A stretch of DNA of 62,624 nucleotides, filler included, from Dimorphilus gyrociliatus (taxonomy: Eukaryota > Animalia > Annelida), in assembly GCA_904063045.1 (NCBI GenBank). It is 4 parts of 4 records of this genome, joined end to end, with 100 filler letters (N's around TTAATTAATTAA, not from the genome) between each part and the next. Parts side by side here need not be neighbours in the genome. Positions count along the whole stretch, not along the records: positions 1 to 15,292 come from CAJFCJ010000181.1; positions 15,393 to 45,309 come from CAJFCJ010000091.1; 2 more parts are not named here. The stretch is one strand, 5' to 3'. Made by a program: the position numbers and the translations under genes. This document shows, one piece after another, positions 12,966 through 24,949 of this stretch; positions within the stretch are counted from its first letter, which is position 1; the number at the start of each line of letters is the position of its first letter. The notes beneath the pieces were generated by a model, which made no database searches, was not told the origin of the DNA, and was given only the letters and a program-made list of their open reading frames with translations.

Positions 12966-13145
12966 AATATTATCTTATTTTTAAACATTTCGTAGTCAAA
13001 TAGAAGCTTTTTGCATATATCGAATCTCCTTTCTATATGTATTGGCTTTAAAGCGACAAATATTATCTTATTTTTAAACATTTCGTAGTCAAATAGAAGC
13101 TTTTTGCATATATCGAATCTCCTTTCTATATGTATTGGCTTTAAA
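12960..13145. repeat. 93-bp tandem duplication at the Ginger/Tc1 junction
   Basis: GCGACAAATATTATC...ATTGGCTTTAAA occurs twice in tandem, starting at 12960 and 13053. Confidence 0.95.
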
Positions 13146-13603
13146 AGAGGCTTCTTTATCGGAGAATGTGCATTAACCCTCTATCATTCAAAAAGCGTTT
13201 GATAGTATCCTTCGATAATTAATGTTATGAGTTTCCTTTATATTTGAACTCCATTTTCTTAAGCTTGTGAAAGGATCTTTTGTAATTTTTGAAATTATTT
13301 TTGTCGATATGTTACAAGTGACTATCTTACACCTGCCCCTCCTTTGGCTTAATGTTATCTTTTTTTTAACTATACGACTTATTGTTGATATTGAGCGCTT
13401 ATTTATGAGCGAGATCTGTGACATTGACTTTCCTGCTTCATATAATCCTAAAATTTTTCCTTTTTCGATGTCTGTAAGGTTTTTTATCATAAAAGGGGGT
13501 TAAATTATTTATAAACAGGTGTAAAGTCTTTTTTTATTTAAAAAAAATTATATATTTATGATTAATATCATATTTTAGATTAGTCTATTTTTTTTTGCCC
13601 CTA
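12966..13603 (-). mobile_element. 5' half of a Tc1-like transposon
   Basis: ORF 13188-13490 is a paired-HTH region (LTDIEKGKILGLYEAGKS...RGR). It continues as KPIHIERRFDICKKLL...KIIF and stops just before the expected SDE. One Tc1-like end (TAGGGGCAAAAAAAAATAGAC on the minus strand) near 13600. Confidence 0.75.
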
Positions 13604-14074
13604 TCAAAAAATCAATATTTATGTATTGATTAAGAAATTCACTGTAAAACTCCCCATCTTTGCATACATTTATTATTTATATGTATACAAATGTCTTCAT
13701 AGAACTCTATTATCTCCATTTTTGATATAAAGTTTACCTCATAAAAACACCAATGATACGTTAATCTACACAAACTTCCAAATTTGCAAAAAACAAGGTT
13801 AGCGATATGAAAAGTCGTTTTCATAAAATAAAAAATATATTTATGCATTTTTTATCATGAACCTCGTTATTTTTTCCTGGAGACTTTTTCCCTAAATATC
13901 GTTTCTGAGCATATTTATGTTTTTTCCAAGAATTTTGAGACACTTTTAATCACAAATTGATAAAAAAACGTTATTCTTGTAGATTAAAAATATAATAAAC
14001 AATGAATTTATTTATATTATAGTGATTGTTTCAAATAGTAAATTTCAGGGATTTTGGTATTAAAAAATTTTATA

Positions 14075-14468
14075 AATACTAAAAATACTAAAAATATATA
14101 AATAAATTTATTCTATATAAATATAATATAAATACTATAAATTCTATATATAAATACATTAATTCTATATAAAAAAATTAATTCTATATAAATACTAAAA
14201 TACTAAAAATATATAAATAAATTTATTCTATATAAATATAATATACTAAAGTATAGAATCTTCTTCATTCATAATATAATTCATTTCTTCACCTAAACTT
14301 ATTTTTTCTAATATTTTTAACTTAGAATGTAATATTATATTAATTCTATATAAATACTATATAAATATATAAATAATAAATACTAAAGTATAGAATCTTC
14401 TTCATTCATAATATAATTCATTTCTTCACCTAAACTTATTTTTTCTAATATTTTTAACTTAGAATGTA
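14075..14468. repeat. AT-rich tandem repeats plus an 89-bp duplication of the SMARCAL1 3' end
   Basis: ATACTAAAGTATAGAATC...CTTAGAATGTA occurs at 14243-14331 and 14380-14468. TATAAATACTAAAA-type units repeat upstream. Confidence 0.9.
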
Positions 14469-15292
14469 TTTTAGGCCAAACTATTTCATCAATTGTATCT
14501 TTTAAAGTTAAATAATCAATAAAAACTTTATTTTTCTGACCTATTCTATGAATTCTATCTTCAGCTTGTAATAAAACACCAGGACTCCAAAATAATTCAC
14601 TAAATATTAAATAATTACAAGAAACAATATTTAAACCAACAGAACAAGCAGTAATAGACAATAAAAGAAGAGCCTTCTTATTAATATCTATAGAATTATT
14701 ATTATTTATATTATTATTAATATCTATATTATTTTCTATATTATTTGTATTATTAATATCTATATCTAAAGAATTATTTGTATTATTTATATTTTCTATA
14801 TTATTTGTATTATTAATATCTATATCTAAAGAATTATTTATATTTTCTATATTATTAATATCTATATCTATAGAATTATCTATAGAATTATTTATATCTA
14901 AAGAATTATTTATATTTTCTATATTATTTGTATTATTAATATCTAAAGAATTTTCTATAGAATTATTTATACTACTACTCATATAATCTATATCTAAAGA
15001 ATCATTTATATCTATAGAATTATTTACATTTTCTATACTATTTGTATTTTCTATAGAATTAAATTCTTTTAATATTTTATCTCTTTGATTAATTCCTACT
15101 TCTCCATCTATTCTATAAACTTTAATATAATTTTTTAATTTATTTTCAATTTCATCTAACATTGATTTATGATGAGCAAAAACTATAAATTTATTTATTT
15201 TTTTAGTTTTATTAATTAAATAATCAATTACTTTATATTTTTTAATATCTACAGATTTATTAAACAAATCCAATACATTATTTTTTAATAGA
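14383..15292 (-). CDS. SMARCAL1: SNF2-family helicase C-terminal lobe, SMARCAL1/HARP-like, 5'-truncated by the contig end, with an Asn/Ile/Asp-rich insertion
   Basis: KFIVFAHHKSMLD, YRIDG, LLSITACSVGLN and ELFWSPGVLLQAEDRIHRIGQ are SMARCAL1-type motifs IV-VI. About 120 aa of NNIENINNSLDI-type repeats sit between motifs IVa and V. Confidence 0.8.
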
Positions 15293-15392
15293 NNNNNNNN
15301 NNNNNNNNNNNNNNNNNNNNNNNNNNNNNNNNNNNNTTAATTAATTAANNNNNNNNNNNNNNNNNNNNNNNNNNNNNNNNNNNNNNNNNNNN
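15293..15392. other. Synthetic contig linker
   Basis: 44 N + TTAATTAATTAA (stops in all six frames) + 44 N. Confidence 0.97.
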
Positions 15393-18260
15393 ACCAAATG
15401 CTTCTTTTGATAGGCTGCATATTTCATTTGATTATTGTTGAATTGTTTTGAAGCGTAGGCAATGGGTTTCATTGTTTTCTTCCCATTCTCATCTACATAA
15501 ACTTGTTCAAGAACTCCTCCTACAGCTACATTCGATGCATCTGTTGTTAAGTGAAAATCTTTAGCAAAATCAGGTAGTTGTAATACAGGAGGGTTAACTA
15601 CTGCATCTCTCAACTTGAAAAATGATTGCTTGGCTTCCTCAGTCCATTGCAATTTATCCTTTTTCCCATGTAGTTTCATTAACATATACAGAGGTTTAGC
15701 TACTCTTGCAAAATCTTGTATAAATTTTCTGTAATAGCCACAAAATGCAACAAAGCTTAGTAGTGAATTTGCAAACACTGGTGGCTGTAAATTATATAAT
15801 TTATCTGTCTTGGATTATCTGTTTCAATCCCCTTTTCTGATACAATGTGTCCCAAGAATTGAACTTTTTCTTTCAAAAACACACATTTACTTAGTTTAAT
15901 CTTAAAATTGTACTTTTGAATCTGTTGAAGAATGGTCTCCAATGCTTCCCAATGTTGGTCCAGCAACTTGGTAAATATTATTATGTCATCAAGGTAGTTT
16001 AGGCACAAATGCTTTACATCCTTTAGCACAAATGAATTCATTACATAACTAAAATGAGGAGGGGCATTTGTTAATCCAAAAGGCATCTTAATAAATTCAA
16101 ACAAGCCAAAAGGTGTAATAAATGCTGTTTTAGACCTATCTTCTTTCTTGATGTTAATGTGGTGGTATGCACTTGTCAAATCCATTGTAGAAAAGAATTT
16201 ATTTCCTCCTCCCAAATGGTCAAAAAGATCATCTTGATTTGGCAGTGGATACTTGTTTTTAACTGTCATTTTGTTTAGTTTTCTATAATCTACACACATT
16301 CGTAGACTACCTTCCTTCTTTCTTACGAAAACAATTGGTGAAGCCCAATTGCTCTTGCTTGGTTGAATAACTTTGCTTTTTACCAATTCAGCTATCTGTT
16401 GCTTACATTCTTCTTGTTTTTGAGGAGGCATTCTATATGGCCTTTGTCTAGATGGTGTTGAACCTGGTTCAAGAGTTATTTCCAAGGGTGGTACCTCTGG
16501 ATTGCCAATATCAAATCTGTCTTCTGCAATAGTTTCTTTATATTTTGCCAGAATTTGGGTAACTTTGTCCTTCATCTTGGGATTTTCTTGTTCAATTGTT
16601 GTCTGAAGGGTATGTATTTGACTCTCATTCTTTTTCATAATAAGAGGAACTGGGTAAAATCCTTTGAAAGATAAGTGTTGTGTTCCAACAGGGTAATTCT
16701 TTTCTGTACCTGGCTGGAGTATAATCTGTCTCTTGCCAAAGTCAAGGGTAGCTCCATTTTGTTGTAGAAAGTCACACCCAATAATACATTGTTGTGTAAT
16801 GATTTTGTTGATCAGAAAGTGTTGTTTAATAATCTTTCCATTAAAATAAAGTCTGAGAATGATGTCTCCACATATCTCGATGCTATTTCCTGAAGCATCT
16901 CTAGCATTTTTCACAGTTTGTTCTGGGAAGGATGCTTTTCCTTGAACTTGTCTTAATACCTTTTTTGAAATGAAAGATCTGTCACTACCAGAGTCTATCA
17001 AGGCATCAAACTTAAAACCAGTATTAGTTTCAAATTGTCCAATAAATGTTGAAGCATTTCGCTCAGATTGTTTGCTTTGTAACAGCTGACAAGTGGATTC
17101 GTCACTATCTGAAAAACAGAGAATATCTTGAACTTCATCGTTTTCTGACATGCTTTCATTGTCTAATGTTTCTAATTTTTGTAGCTTAGGTTCCTCTTTC
17201 AGTATCGTCTTTGCTGGTTGATTTTTCTTATAATACCTGTTTGTTGTAGTTGGTGCATACTTTTGTACTTTTTGGCTTGAAAACTTTTCTTTAGTAGCAT
17301 TTTTGTTGTCAGGTACATGCTTTCTATTCCAAAAATTTGGGGTTTCTGTAGAAGCATCTTTTCTGATTACCTGGGTCTTTTTGGTCTCTTTTCTTTGTTG
17401 AGTTTCCAATTTTGACACCATTGTGATCTGTTTTCTTTGAGTTAGTTTTAATGAAGTTTCTGCTTGCTTGGCAGCCTCATATAGTTCTCCCAATGTTTGA
17501 CATTTAGGATGTAAGGTGTACACTAAATGTAGAATGTCCTGTTGTAATCCTGTTTGTAAAACTTCCATCAGTTTTATTTCTTTCATAGTTGCAAGCAATT
17601 GTGGTTCCATTGGTCTAGGTGGAGAAAACCTCTTTATCAATTTCTTTGCTCTATTAACAAACTGAACCACACTTTCGCCATTCATTTGCTTTTAGTTAAG
17701 CAATTTCTCTTGATGCTCCAAAGGATCCAGATCAAATTTGTCATGGAGGGCTTTCCATATTTCCTCCACAGTAGGCTCTCCATCCAGAGCCAACACCAAA
17801 TCCTTTGCAGGACCAGTTAAATAATCTAAAAGATTTGCTTTCACAACATCTTCTCCTATCCAACCATAAGCATAACATGCCTGATTAAAGTCTTCCTTGA
17901 ATTTTGAACACTCCTTGCTTCCATCATACAACTTGAGAATAGTTCTTTGAGGGCGGTCCCAAGCAGCCCTTAATGCTTGAATTACTGTTGTGATATCAAC
18001 ATTTGGGTTCTGTGCTGGGTGATGTGTTCCATCTCCATGATCTGTTGGAATTGTGATTCGATTTCTTTTCATTTCACTCACCAATCTATCATAGTCTTCA
18101 ATTAGTCTTTGTTGCCTTTCTGACATTCCTGCTGGCTGAATTGTAATTGTTGGAGTTGATGGGGTTGAAGGGTTAGAGTCTGTAACTGCCCCAGTGGCAT
18201 TTCCATTTTCTCCTTCTGCCATATTTACTTTCTCAAAACTTTTGAATAAACCAAAAGAAT

Positions 18261-18278
18261 ATCCTGTCGACTGCACCA
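18261..18278 (-). promoter_or_regulatory. Primer-binding site, probably tRNA-Ser
   Basis: TGGTGCAGTCGACAGGAT lies 4 nt inside the LTR end. Its complement ATCCTGTCGACTGCACCA resembles animal tRNA-Ser 3' ends (assignment from memory, not searched). Confidence 0.7.
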
Positions 18279-18282
18279 AATT

Positions 18283-18917
18283 TGTACTGCTCTTGCTGGC
18301 AAAATCTATGCATTTGCAAGTTATAACAATACTGGTTCTACTCAAACCTTTAAACAAACGTTTAAATTAAAACGGTTTATTCGCAATAATAATACTTAAG
18401 CAAGTAACAATATGAGAGTTCAATAGCAGAGTAGATAGTTTGTAATAGCAGGTTGCCAAATTACCAAACTGTCTTCCAATGTTGAGGAGTAGATGGATGG
18501 TTCCAGTGGAGGTTGTTTCCAGATGATTTTCCCAGGTCCTTGGGTCCAGATGGAAGCTGCAGGCCAAATGAGAATAATGAGGATTTATATACTTTGAGGT
18601 TTGTCTCTGACATCCAATCATCACTTTACAGTTGCCAAAATGTGTAGTTCATATTTATCTTTAGTAACATCCTGTTACAAGGTTCAACATTTAGGAAGGT
18701 TAATTGAATTATAACTTGGCCACACCCTAGGCAAGTTAATTAAATTATAACTTGGCCAAACCTTTATTGATGATTAAAGATGAGCCTTCAAGCTGACTAA
18801 TCAGACTTATGTTTGGCCAATGTTATAGCATTTTCTTGCATAGGTTTCAAGATGTACATGTATATGATGCATAAAATAATAGAGTTCAAGCATGTAAAAT
18901 ATAACCAAAGTTGTACA
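18283..18917 (-). repeat. 5' LTR of the gypsy element (635 bp, TGTA...TACA)
   Basis: Ends defined by alignment to the solo copy at 55224-55862. Contains a 22-bp direct repeat, TTAATT(G/A)AATTATAACTTGGCC. Confidence 0.9.
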
Positions 18918-19483
18918 CGAAAATGATTAAATGAATTCATGTAGGGTTTGGTTAATTAATGCATTTTCCAATTTTTTTTGTTAGGGTTAAGGGCTACAAT
19001 TAGGGTTAGGAAAACTACAGCAAATATATTCTAAAGTAAAGAATGAACATGTATTCATAATAAATTCAATTTGGATACAAAGAATAAGAGAGGATCATAC
19101 AGTGACTTCATTAAAGCTAAATAAATGGTACAACGGATGATTCTAATGTTAGCAAAGTTATTTCAATATTGAAGCTTACAAATTATGCTATATTTTAAAA
19201 AACCTAATTCATTAAAATTCACAAAGAAATAAGGGAGAAGCTCCTTAAAGTCGAACAAATATTTTGTTAAATAATAAAAAATTTGTCTTTTTCAAGTGAA
19301 CTTTTCTGAGCTATTAGTTGAGCGATTTTGTTGAAATTTGAATCAAAATGAGTGTAAAACAATTTACTTATGTATTACAGACATGAAAAACTAAATAAAA
19401 TATTAGAAAATGTTTGGAAAAAGCTAACAAATGTTTTAAATATATACAACACCTAATAACAATACAAATTATATGGTAAATAT

Positions 19484-20890
19484 TTATAATTTATCAAACA
19501 AGTGCTCAAGTAAGAGCTTCTGATCTTCTTTATCTTCAAGTCCATTGAATCCACCTTTCGGTTTTATCATCTTCTGCTCAAGCTTCTTTGGTATGGAAAC
19601 AAAATTCATTTGATCATCTTTCAGCCTTTTTTCATAATGTGTAGTAAAATAGTGATTTAAAAAGATTATCTTTTCTAACTTGACTGGGTGTATTTTGAAT
19701 TTTGTAGAGGGCTTTATAGGCTGATCTTTGGTGAAGAAGAAGACTCTATCAAAGGAGAGAGTCCAATTTTCTAAAATTGAAACTATGTCCAGAAATGTTA
19801 AATCTTTGAATAACATCTTTCTCTTATTTCCTATAATTGGATACTTTAGTTTGAAAACTTGTTTTGGTGATATTCTTTAAAAGGTATCATCTGTAATAAT
19901 CAATAAATGATAAAGTTGAGTACTAAAGTAGGGCATCCTTTTTACACAATTAGCTTTTTTGATTTCTCCAATATTTTTAAAGGCATCTTCAATCACTCTG
20001 TTCTTCCTTCTGACATGGGTGAAACTAGGAAATTGTGTCACTTTCTCATTTGCTCTTCTCAAATAGTCATAATTAATGTGCCTTCTAACATCTTTCTCTT
20101 GAATTGGTACATCAGGTAGGTGTTCAGGAAGTGGAACTTGATTATTCTCAACACTGTTTTCCTGTTGATATTCTTCTGTGTCTCAAACTTGTGCTACTTC
20201 TTCTGGAATTGGTACTTGTACTACTTGTTCAGGAATTGGAACTTGTTTATTCTGCAGTTGATTTTCTTCTATGTTGCAAACTTGTTGTGGAATTGGTATT
20301 ATCTCCCTAGAATCTTGTCTTTGTCTCTTTTCTGCTGGTTGCACTGGTTCAATTCTTTGTCTTTTTCTTTTTTTGGATTGTTTTTCCATCAACTTTGGCT
20401 GATCTTTATGGATTCTTTGTCCTTTTTTCTTTCTGGCTTGTTTATTTTTCAACTTTGGCTCATATTCTTTATCAGAATCACTTATTTCAATAATATCTAC
20501 TCTATGTTCAACAGGTATATTTGAGTTTGGCAATCTTGGAATAGTTGTTTGGCAACCCACATCCTTATATGTCTTCGATATTTGAATTCCTACATCTACT
20601 GTTTGTGGCTTTTCTAGTTGAACAGCAACTTCTCTATTTACTTCTTCTTGTATATGGTCTATAATCTGTGTTTGCTGTGGTGTATCAACAAGTTTGTCAG
20701 GCTGTTTGTTTCCTTTTACTTTTTCATAAAAGTTAAAAACATCTTTGGAAAATTCCTCAAAGTAAGTTTCCTTGAAGTCTTTACAGTTTCTTTTTTTGTT
20801 TTTAATTTCACCATTTACAAATTTTAACTCCTTATACAGTTCTTCCCAATACTTTGATTCTGTGGGTAACAAACGTGTTAAAGACAAAAT
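19484..20890 (-). pseudogene. Unidentified gene, charged and Pro/Gln/Val-rich, with one stop and one frameshift
   Basis: ORFs 20183-20956, 19877-20062 and 19484-19816 are collinear. Read-through past the TGA at 20183 stays protein-like (DTEEYQQENSVENNQVPLPEH...). A probable splice acceptor TTACCCACAG|AATCAAAG lies near 20860. No family recognised. Confidence 0.5.
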
Positions 20891-21233
20891 ATTATGTAAG
20901 TTTATAATGTTAAAAGACAAAATAGATATTGAAAAGATCAAATTGAAGATAAACAAAGTTTCTTTTCAAAGAGATTTGAATAACTGCTGTGTCTATGTTA
21001 TGCTATTTGCCAAATGTAAGACTCTTTCCATTCCTTATAGTAGCATTCAAGACCTTAATTTAAAACATGAAAGGTATAAAATTCTCATTGATATTTCAAC
21101 CAAATAAATAAATCATAGTTCATAGTTATACTTTCTTTTCTGAAACACAATTATTTTTAAGTGTCAACTGATAACAATTTCACAATACATATGTTTTATC
21201 GGTTAAATCAAAAACACATAATGTTCGAATTAT

Positions 21234-23966
21234 GGAGAAAACGTCCACTGGAGAAAACGTCCACTGGAGAAAACGTCCACTGATTGGAGAAAACGTCCAC
21301 TGGTTGGAGAAAACGTCCACTGGAGAAAACGTCCACTATGTGAAGAATATATTAAAAAATACTTTTTCAAATTTAAACTTTTATTATTGATTTTGAGATA
21401 TATCCAATACATTCCCATAATGCAATCACTTTTGGTAGCCATTTTGAAATCCAGACAGGAAACAGTTCTGGGATCTTCTATGTTTTTCATGGAAAGTGAA
21501 TATTGTGCATATTTCATCTACAATTTTTCAGAATTTTTTGCAGTTTGAAATATATTTCACTATTGAAAACCATCAGACAAAACACAAACTTTAGAATTGA
21601 TATCAGTAAGTTATAGAATATTGTGTTGAAATGATTTATTTATAAATTAGCTTTATTTTTATAGCAGCCATTTTGTTTATCATTATTGTTAATTGTTTAA
21701 TTTTTAAATTTATACAGTTGGTTATTGATAGAGATTCCAAATTGAACATGGCACCAATTTGTTACATTTGTGAAGAGAGAATATATGGAAGACAAAATCA
21801 AGAGAAATGTCAGCTTTGCTGTCATTTATTTAAAATACATAAAAAATGTTTGGATTATAAAGGTTTGTTTAAGTTTTTTGTCACTATCCTTCCTTACAAA
21901 TATGTTTTTATATTTTTTCACAGATCAATCATTTTATTGTAACATTTGCTGTGACATATCAATGAAGAAATGCATTGTTGCACTTCAAAGGCTACCTTCT
22001 AGTGCATCTGCTAATGAAGAAATAAGACAAACACCAAATTTTGATACAGCAAATAATAGAAATGAGCAAACTATTGTTTGTGAAAATCATTGTGGAAATT
22101 CAAGTGGAAATGATACAAATGGCAGTATTATGGAATCACACAATGTTTTAGTTGAAGATCTTCCAGCTCAGCAAAATAATATGATGGAAGTTTCATTTAT
22201 AGTTTCTCCAAAATCAGATTGTGAGAAAGAAAGTTATTCATTTAAAATCTTAAAGGGAATGAGCCAGAAAGGAAAAGATTTGCTACTTTTCAACAATTTC
22301 TGCTACAATATTAAAGAAAAAAGAAACAAGACAACATTCTGGATATGCAGTGTTAGGAACAAAAGAAACAAATGTTCAGCAACAGTTAGTCAGCATGGGA
22401 ACAGTTTTTATCCTGGAAAGTTATCCCATTCTCATGAAAGAGTACCTGATTTGGAACAAAAAATAATGATTAGGAATGAACTAAAAAATGCTTGTAATAA
22501 AGATATCAGTAGTTCAGGAAAACATTTAGCTGAAGATGTTCTGGTGAAACATTGTAGTTCTGGTGAAGTTATTCCATCTCTAGATAATTGTACAAGACTG
22601 GCAAACTGGACAAGAAAGAAGTTTAGACCAGCTGAACCTCAAAGTATTCACTTCAACTTGGCTAAAACTTTTATTCCTGATGATTTTTTACAAATGGATA
22701 TACAAATGGAGAATGATAGAATACTAATATTTTCAACTACAAAGCAAATTGAATTATTATCTAAAGGCAAAATATGGTTTATGGATGGCACATTTAAATG
22801 TGTGAAAGACCCTTTTTATCAACTTTTTTCTATTCATGGATTTATAAAAAAAAATGGAGAAATAAAACAAATTCCAATGGCTTTTGCTTTTATGGGATCT
22901 AAGAGAAAGACAGCCTACAAGAAATTATTTAAGGTACAATAATTTGCATTTTAAATTGAATAATCTAATTTGTTAAATTAACAGGCAATACAAGATTTAA
23001 CAAATGGGCATAGCCCCAAAAAAGTTGTTGTAGACTTTGAAAAAGCTATTTGGAAAGCACTATCATTCACTTATCCTGAAGCAAACATTAAAGGGTGTGT
23101 TTTTCACTGGACACAGGCAATATACAGAAAGATTCAAGTAATACTTTAATTTAGTATTTGAGGTCTAGATAGAACTGACATATTTATTTCCAGGAATTAG
23201 GATTATGTAAGATGTACAAGGAGAAAAAAGCTGAATATAGAATCATGAAGAAATTAATGGCATTACCATTCCTGCCCTCTGATCTGATAGAACCAACATT
23301 TAAGACTATTAAAGAAATAAGTCCTATTGAAATGAAGTCTCCATTGGAGTACATTGAGACACAATGGATAAATGGATTTTATAAACCAGAGGTATGGTCT
23401 GTTTATGGTGAGGCTATAAGGACAAATAATGATCTTGAAGGATGGCATCACAGGCTTAACAAGAATCTTTGCTCTAACACTGCATTCTATTTGCTTTTAG
23501 ATGAACTGAAAAGAGAAGCTGATCTGATAAAGCTATATAAAAAATTACTGAGTGAAAAGAAAATTTGTAGACAGCAAAGAAAAGCATATCAGAATATTCA
23601 GAGCAAAATATTCAGCTTATGGGAACAATTTGAAATTGCCTCAATTACCTCCCTGGACTTACTTGATAAAGCTTCTGACATTTATTCACCAGTTTAAAAT
23701 ACCTTTATTCTTTAATGTTGTTACACTGTTGTCAATCATTCTTGTTATATTGCTTCTTTTTACTTAATCAATATATTAATATTTAAATATTTGTAATTCT
23801 TATTATTCATTTTTTCCTGTCAAATTGCTCTAAAAACTCCATCTATCAAATATCTTATATCTTACTTTGAAGTTTTATAATGGACGTTTTCTCCAGTGGA
23901 CGTTTTCTCCAAGCAGTGGACGTTTTCTCCAAACAGTGGACGTTTTCTCCAGTGGACGTTTTCTCC
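21234..23966 (+). mobile_element. Phantom-type Mutator (MULE) transposon with tandem-repeat (foldback-like) TIRs
   Basis: Six GGAGAAAACGTCCACT units at the left end and about five inverse units ending at 23966 enclose a FLYWCH-MULE transposase gene. No TSD found. Confidence 0.92.
21748..23697 (+). CDS. PHD finger-FLYWCH-MULE transposase, 4 exons, 593 aa, apparently intact
   Basis: Exons 21748-21862, 21924-22933, 22985-23137 and 23194-23697, with GT-AG introns of 61, 51 and 56 bp, splice to 1782 nt with no stop. Motifs: CYIC..CQLC..H..C..CNIC, FNNFCY..FWIC..C..HSH, WFMDGTF, VVDFE, GCVFHW, RTNNDLEGWH. Confidence 0.9.
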
Positions 23967-23987
23967 TGTACCCTTATTGAAACATAG

Positions 23988-24949
23988 TGTACACATTCAG
24001 GCAGTTATTGTAAACCATACACATATACTTACCTACAAGTATGCACAGTCTAGAGCATCTCCAAATTGTTACATTCCATTCACCTATGGAAAAGAAATAT
24101 CAAAATAGTATTTAACAATACTCTGCCTGCCTAGTGTACAACACACCCTATTTTTATACTATTTAAAGGTAGTTGTAGAATATACATACAACTAAACTTA
24201 AATTCTAGTTTTTATTAATTTGCACATCATATTTAATGATCATTAATTGTATCTTGCACTATTTCATATATATTTGAAGTGTGTAGTTCATTGTCACTTC
24301 AACAAGTATTGTAAGCACAATACTATTGTGGATGGTCAAGTGAAATTAACCTTACTCTGCCACTGACTTATACTCAAATATTTTACTTTTGACAAAAACA
24401 ATTATTATTAATAATTTGTGATATTTAAAAACAGCATTATGATGACCTCTGTCTATTTTTGTGTGTTGGAACCAATCCAACATTTACCAAAAATTGTTAC
24501 ATCTTATGCAATTTTCTGACCTACTGACAACAGTTTTCCTTAACAAAGCAAAATCAACAAATATGGAACCATATTTGAACTTTCCTTTTATCCATAATGA
24601 TACATTTGTTTTGTGTAGATATTTTTATCTGTGAACTTTGAACTTTTGGAAAAGTATATAAAGCCTATGAATTTATCAGTAGGCAGTTCAGTTTTCTAAC
24701 AGCTAACCTTGTGTTAAAACTTGCTTGTTTAGAACTAGAAAGTCATTTACTCAATAAATACTCTTTGAATGAAATACTGGTGTTTTGTTGGTAAATTTCT
24801 TGTAAAGTTTCATTTGTTGAGACAACTTGTGGACGAACTTGAAAGGTTCTATTTGGACCAGTACTTTGGTACATTGGTAAATGATTGGTGAGGATGAATT
24901 TGAATTTGATAAGCTCGAGATTCCTACAATTACAATACAACAAAGTACA
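23988..24949. mobile_element. Solo-LTR-like repeat, family A
   Basis: TGTAC...GTACA ends with flanks CATAG/CCTAG (5-bp TSD, one mismatch). Homologous to 53552-54480. Confidence 0.7.

Larger units (their letters stand above)
15393..18917 (-). mobile_element. Ty3/gypsy LTR retrotransposon: 5' LTR, PBS, gag-protease-RT-RNase H; integrase lost at contig end
   Basis: Gag 17692-18357 is in frame with 15757-17685 across one TAA. Motifs: protease FDALIDSGS, RT LRMCVDYRKLN and YLDDII, then a frameshift near 15790, then RNase H FHLTTDASNVAVGGVL. Confidence 0.95.

Noticed and set aside
13639-13860. Possible Merlin N-terminal remnant
   Set aside because: Resemblance too weak, with no TIR or catalytic motif.
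15337-15348. TTAATTAATTAA palindrome repeated three times in the window
   Set aside because: Always centred in exactly 88 N. A synthetic six-frame-stop linker, not a biological motif.
17686-17694. In-frame TAA as a programmed gag-pol read-through site
   Set aside because: It falls inside the gag-like L.N.KQ..GESV segment rather than at the gag-protease boundary. More likely a point mutation.
18367-18624. Small ORF MMIGCQRQTSK... present in all three gypsy LTR copies
   Set aside because: The copies are too similar for ORF retention to imply selection, the C-termini differ, and there is no recognisable domain.
21221-21233. Target-site duplication for the MULEs or for the whole palindrome
   Set aside because: Flanks TCGAATTAT, TGTACCCTT and ATAAATCAG show no 8-10 bp direct repeat.
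21234-21330. Regular GGAGAAAACGTCCACT repeats (also 23880-23966, 34467-34540, 37128-37230) resembling a CRISPR array
   Set aside because: No unique spacers (0-4 nt between units), eukaryotic context, no cas genes. They are transposon TIRs.
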